From Desulfuromonadales bacterium (GTDB lineage: Bacteria > Desulfobacterota > Desulfuromonadia > Desulfuromonadales > JAAYDE01), in the NCBI GenBank assembly GCA_963665915.2, contig CAXXSG010000011.1, forward strand, positions 68,979 to 132,978: a stretch of 64,000 bases of DNA. The letters are read 5' to 3'. The position numbers and the translations under genes are program-made. This document shows, piece by piece, positions 63,733 through 64,000 of this stretch (position 1 is its first letter; every line of letters starts with the position of its first letter). The notes beneath the pieces were generated by a model that was not told the DNA's origin, ran no database searches, and saw only the letters and a list, made by a program, of their open reading frames with translations.

Positions 63733-64000
63733 AACAATATAAACGCTTTCAGGCCATTTTATGTTGTCAGGAACTAAAAAGTGAACGATGCGGGGAAAAT
63801 AGCCCCACTTCACTGGAAAGTCTTTTCCTGAGAATATTACATGGTTCTGAAAAGATTGCAACGAATGGAGGTGGCGGCGTGCTTCGTTGCCTAAACGTTT
63901 TTATTCTGATAATATTTTTCAGCTTTTCCTTGTTGCCGTTGGAATAACCCCTACCGTTTTCCGAGCTTGTAATGTTTGAAGCGGCTTTCCCTGCCCGGCA

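Overview
This 64-kb window looks like a chromosomal segment from a Desulfuromonadales / Geobacter-like deltaproteobacterium. That call rests on gene content and on the synteny pheA-aroA-cmk-ispH-rpsA-sppA-ihfB; no taxonomy was computed. Most of it is core genome. In order: (1) a compact MSHA-type pilus locus, 1-9.6 kb, with secretin end, MshE ATPase, MshG platform, one major pilin, four minor pilins and a 1202-aa MshQ-like protein. (2) An aromatic amino-acid / housekeeping block: aminotransferase, pheA, a decayed tyrA relic, aroA, cmk, ispH, rpsA, sppA, a frameshifted ihfB-like gene and a NifU-like gene. (3) A cytochrome bd oxidase operon: DUF4492, cydA, cydB and an unannotated 30-codon cydX-like ORF. 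(4) A rhodanese gene and tRNA-Ala(GGC). (5) A small A+T-richer islet of orphan genes next to the tRNA, with a complete IS1595-family element. (6) perR-katA, a Sel1 protein and an MFS pump. (7) rlmKL, a PHP phosphatase, two orphan Opp/Dpp-type ABC ATPases, ptsP, purC and ppiD. (8) The mreBCD-mrdA-rodA rod-shape cluster, interrupted by a MITE-like palindrome. (9) An AmmeMemoRadiSam radical-SAM gene, an HD-GYP sensor with an orphan GspG-like pseudopilin, a PPi-type phosphofructokinase and Fe-SOD. (10) A periplasmic-binding-protein + GGDEF/EAL pair. (11) A caa3-type cytochrome c oxidase cluster: sco, coxI, coxIII, coxIV, coxII, ctaB. I did not find a convincing multi-gene novel defence or mobile system. 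The most interesting items are small-scale: a tyrA relic, a cydX-like micro-ORF, repeated structured intergenic elements, a decayed lipoprotein gene with a hexanucleotide repeat, the orphan genes beside the tRNA, and several c-di-GMP modules linked to pilus or pseudopilin genes. All calls come from reading the translations and sequence by eye; no searches were run.
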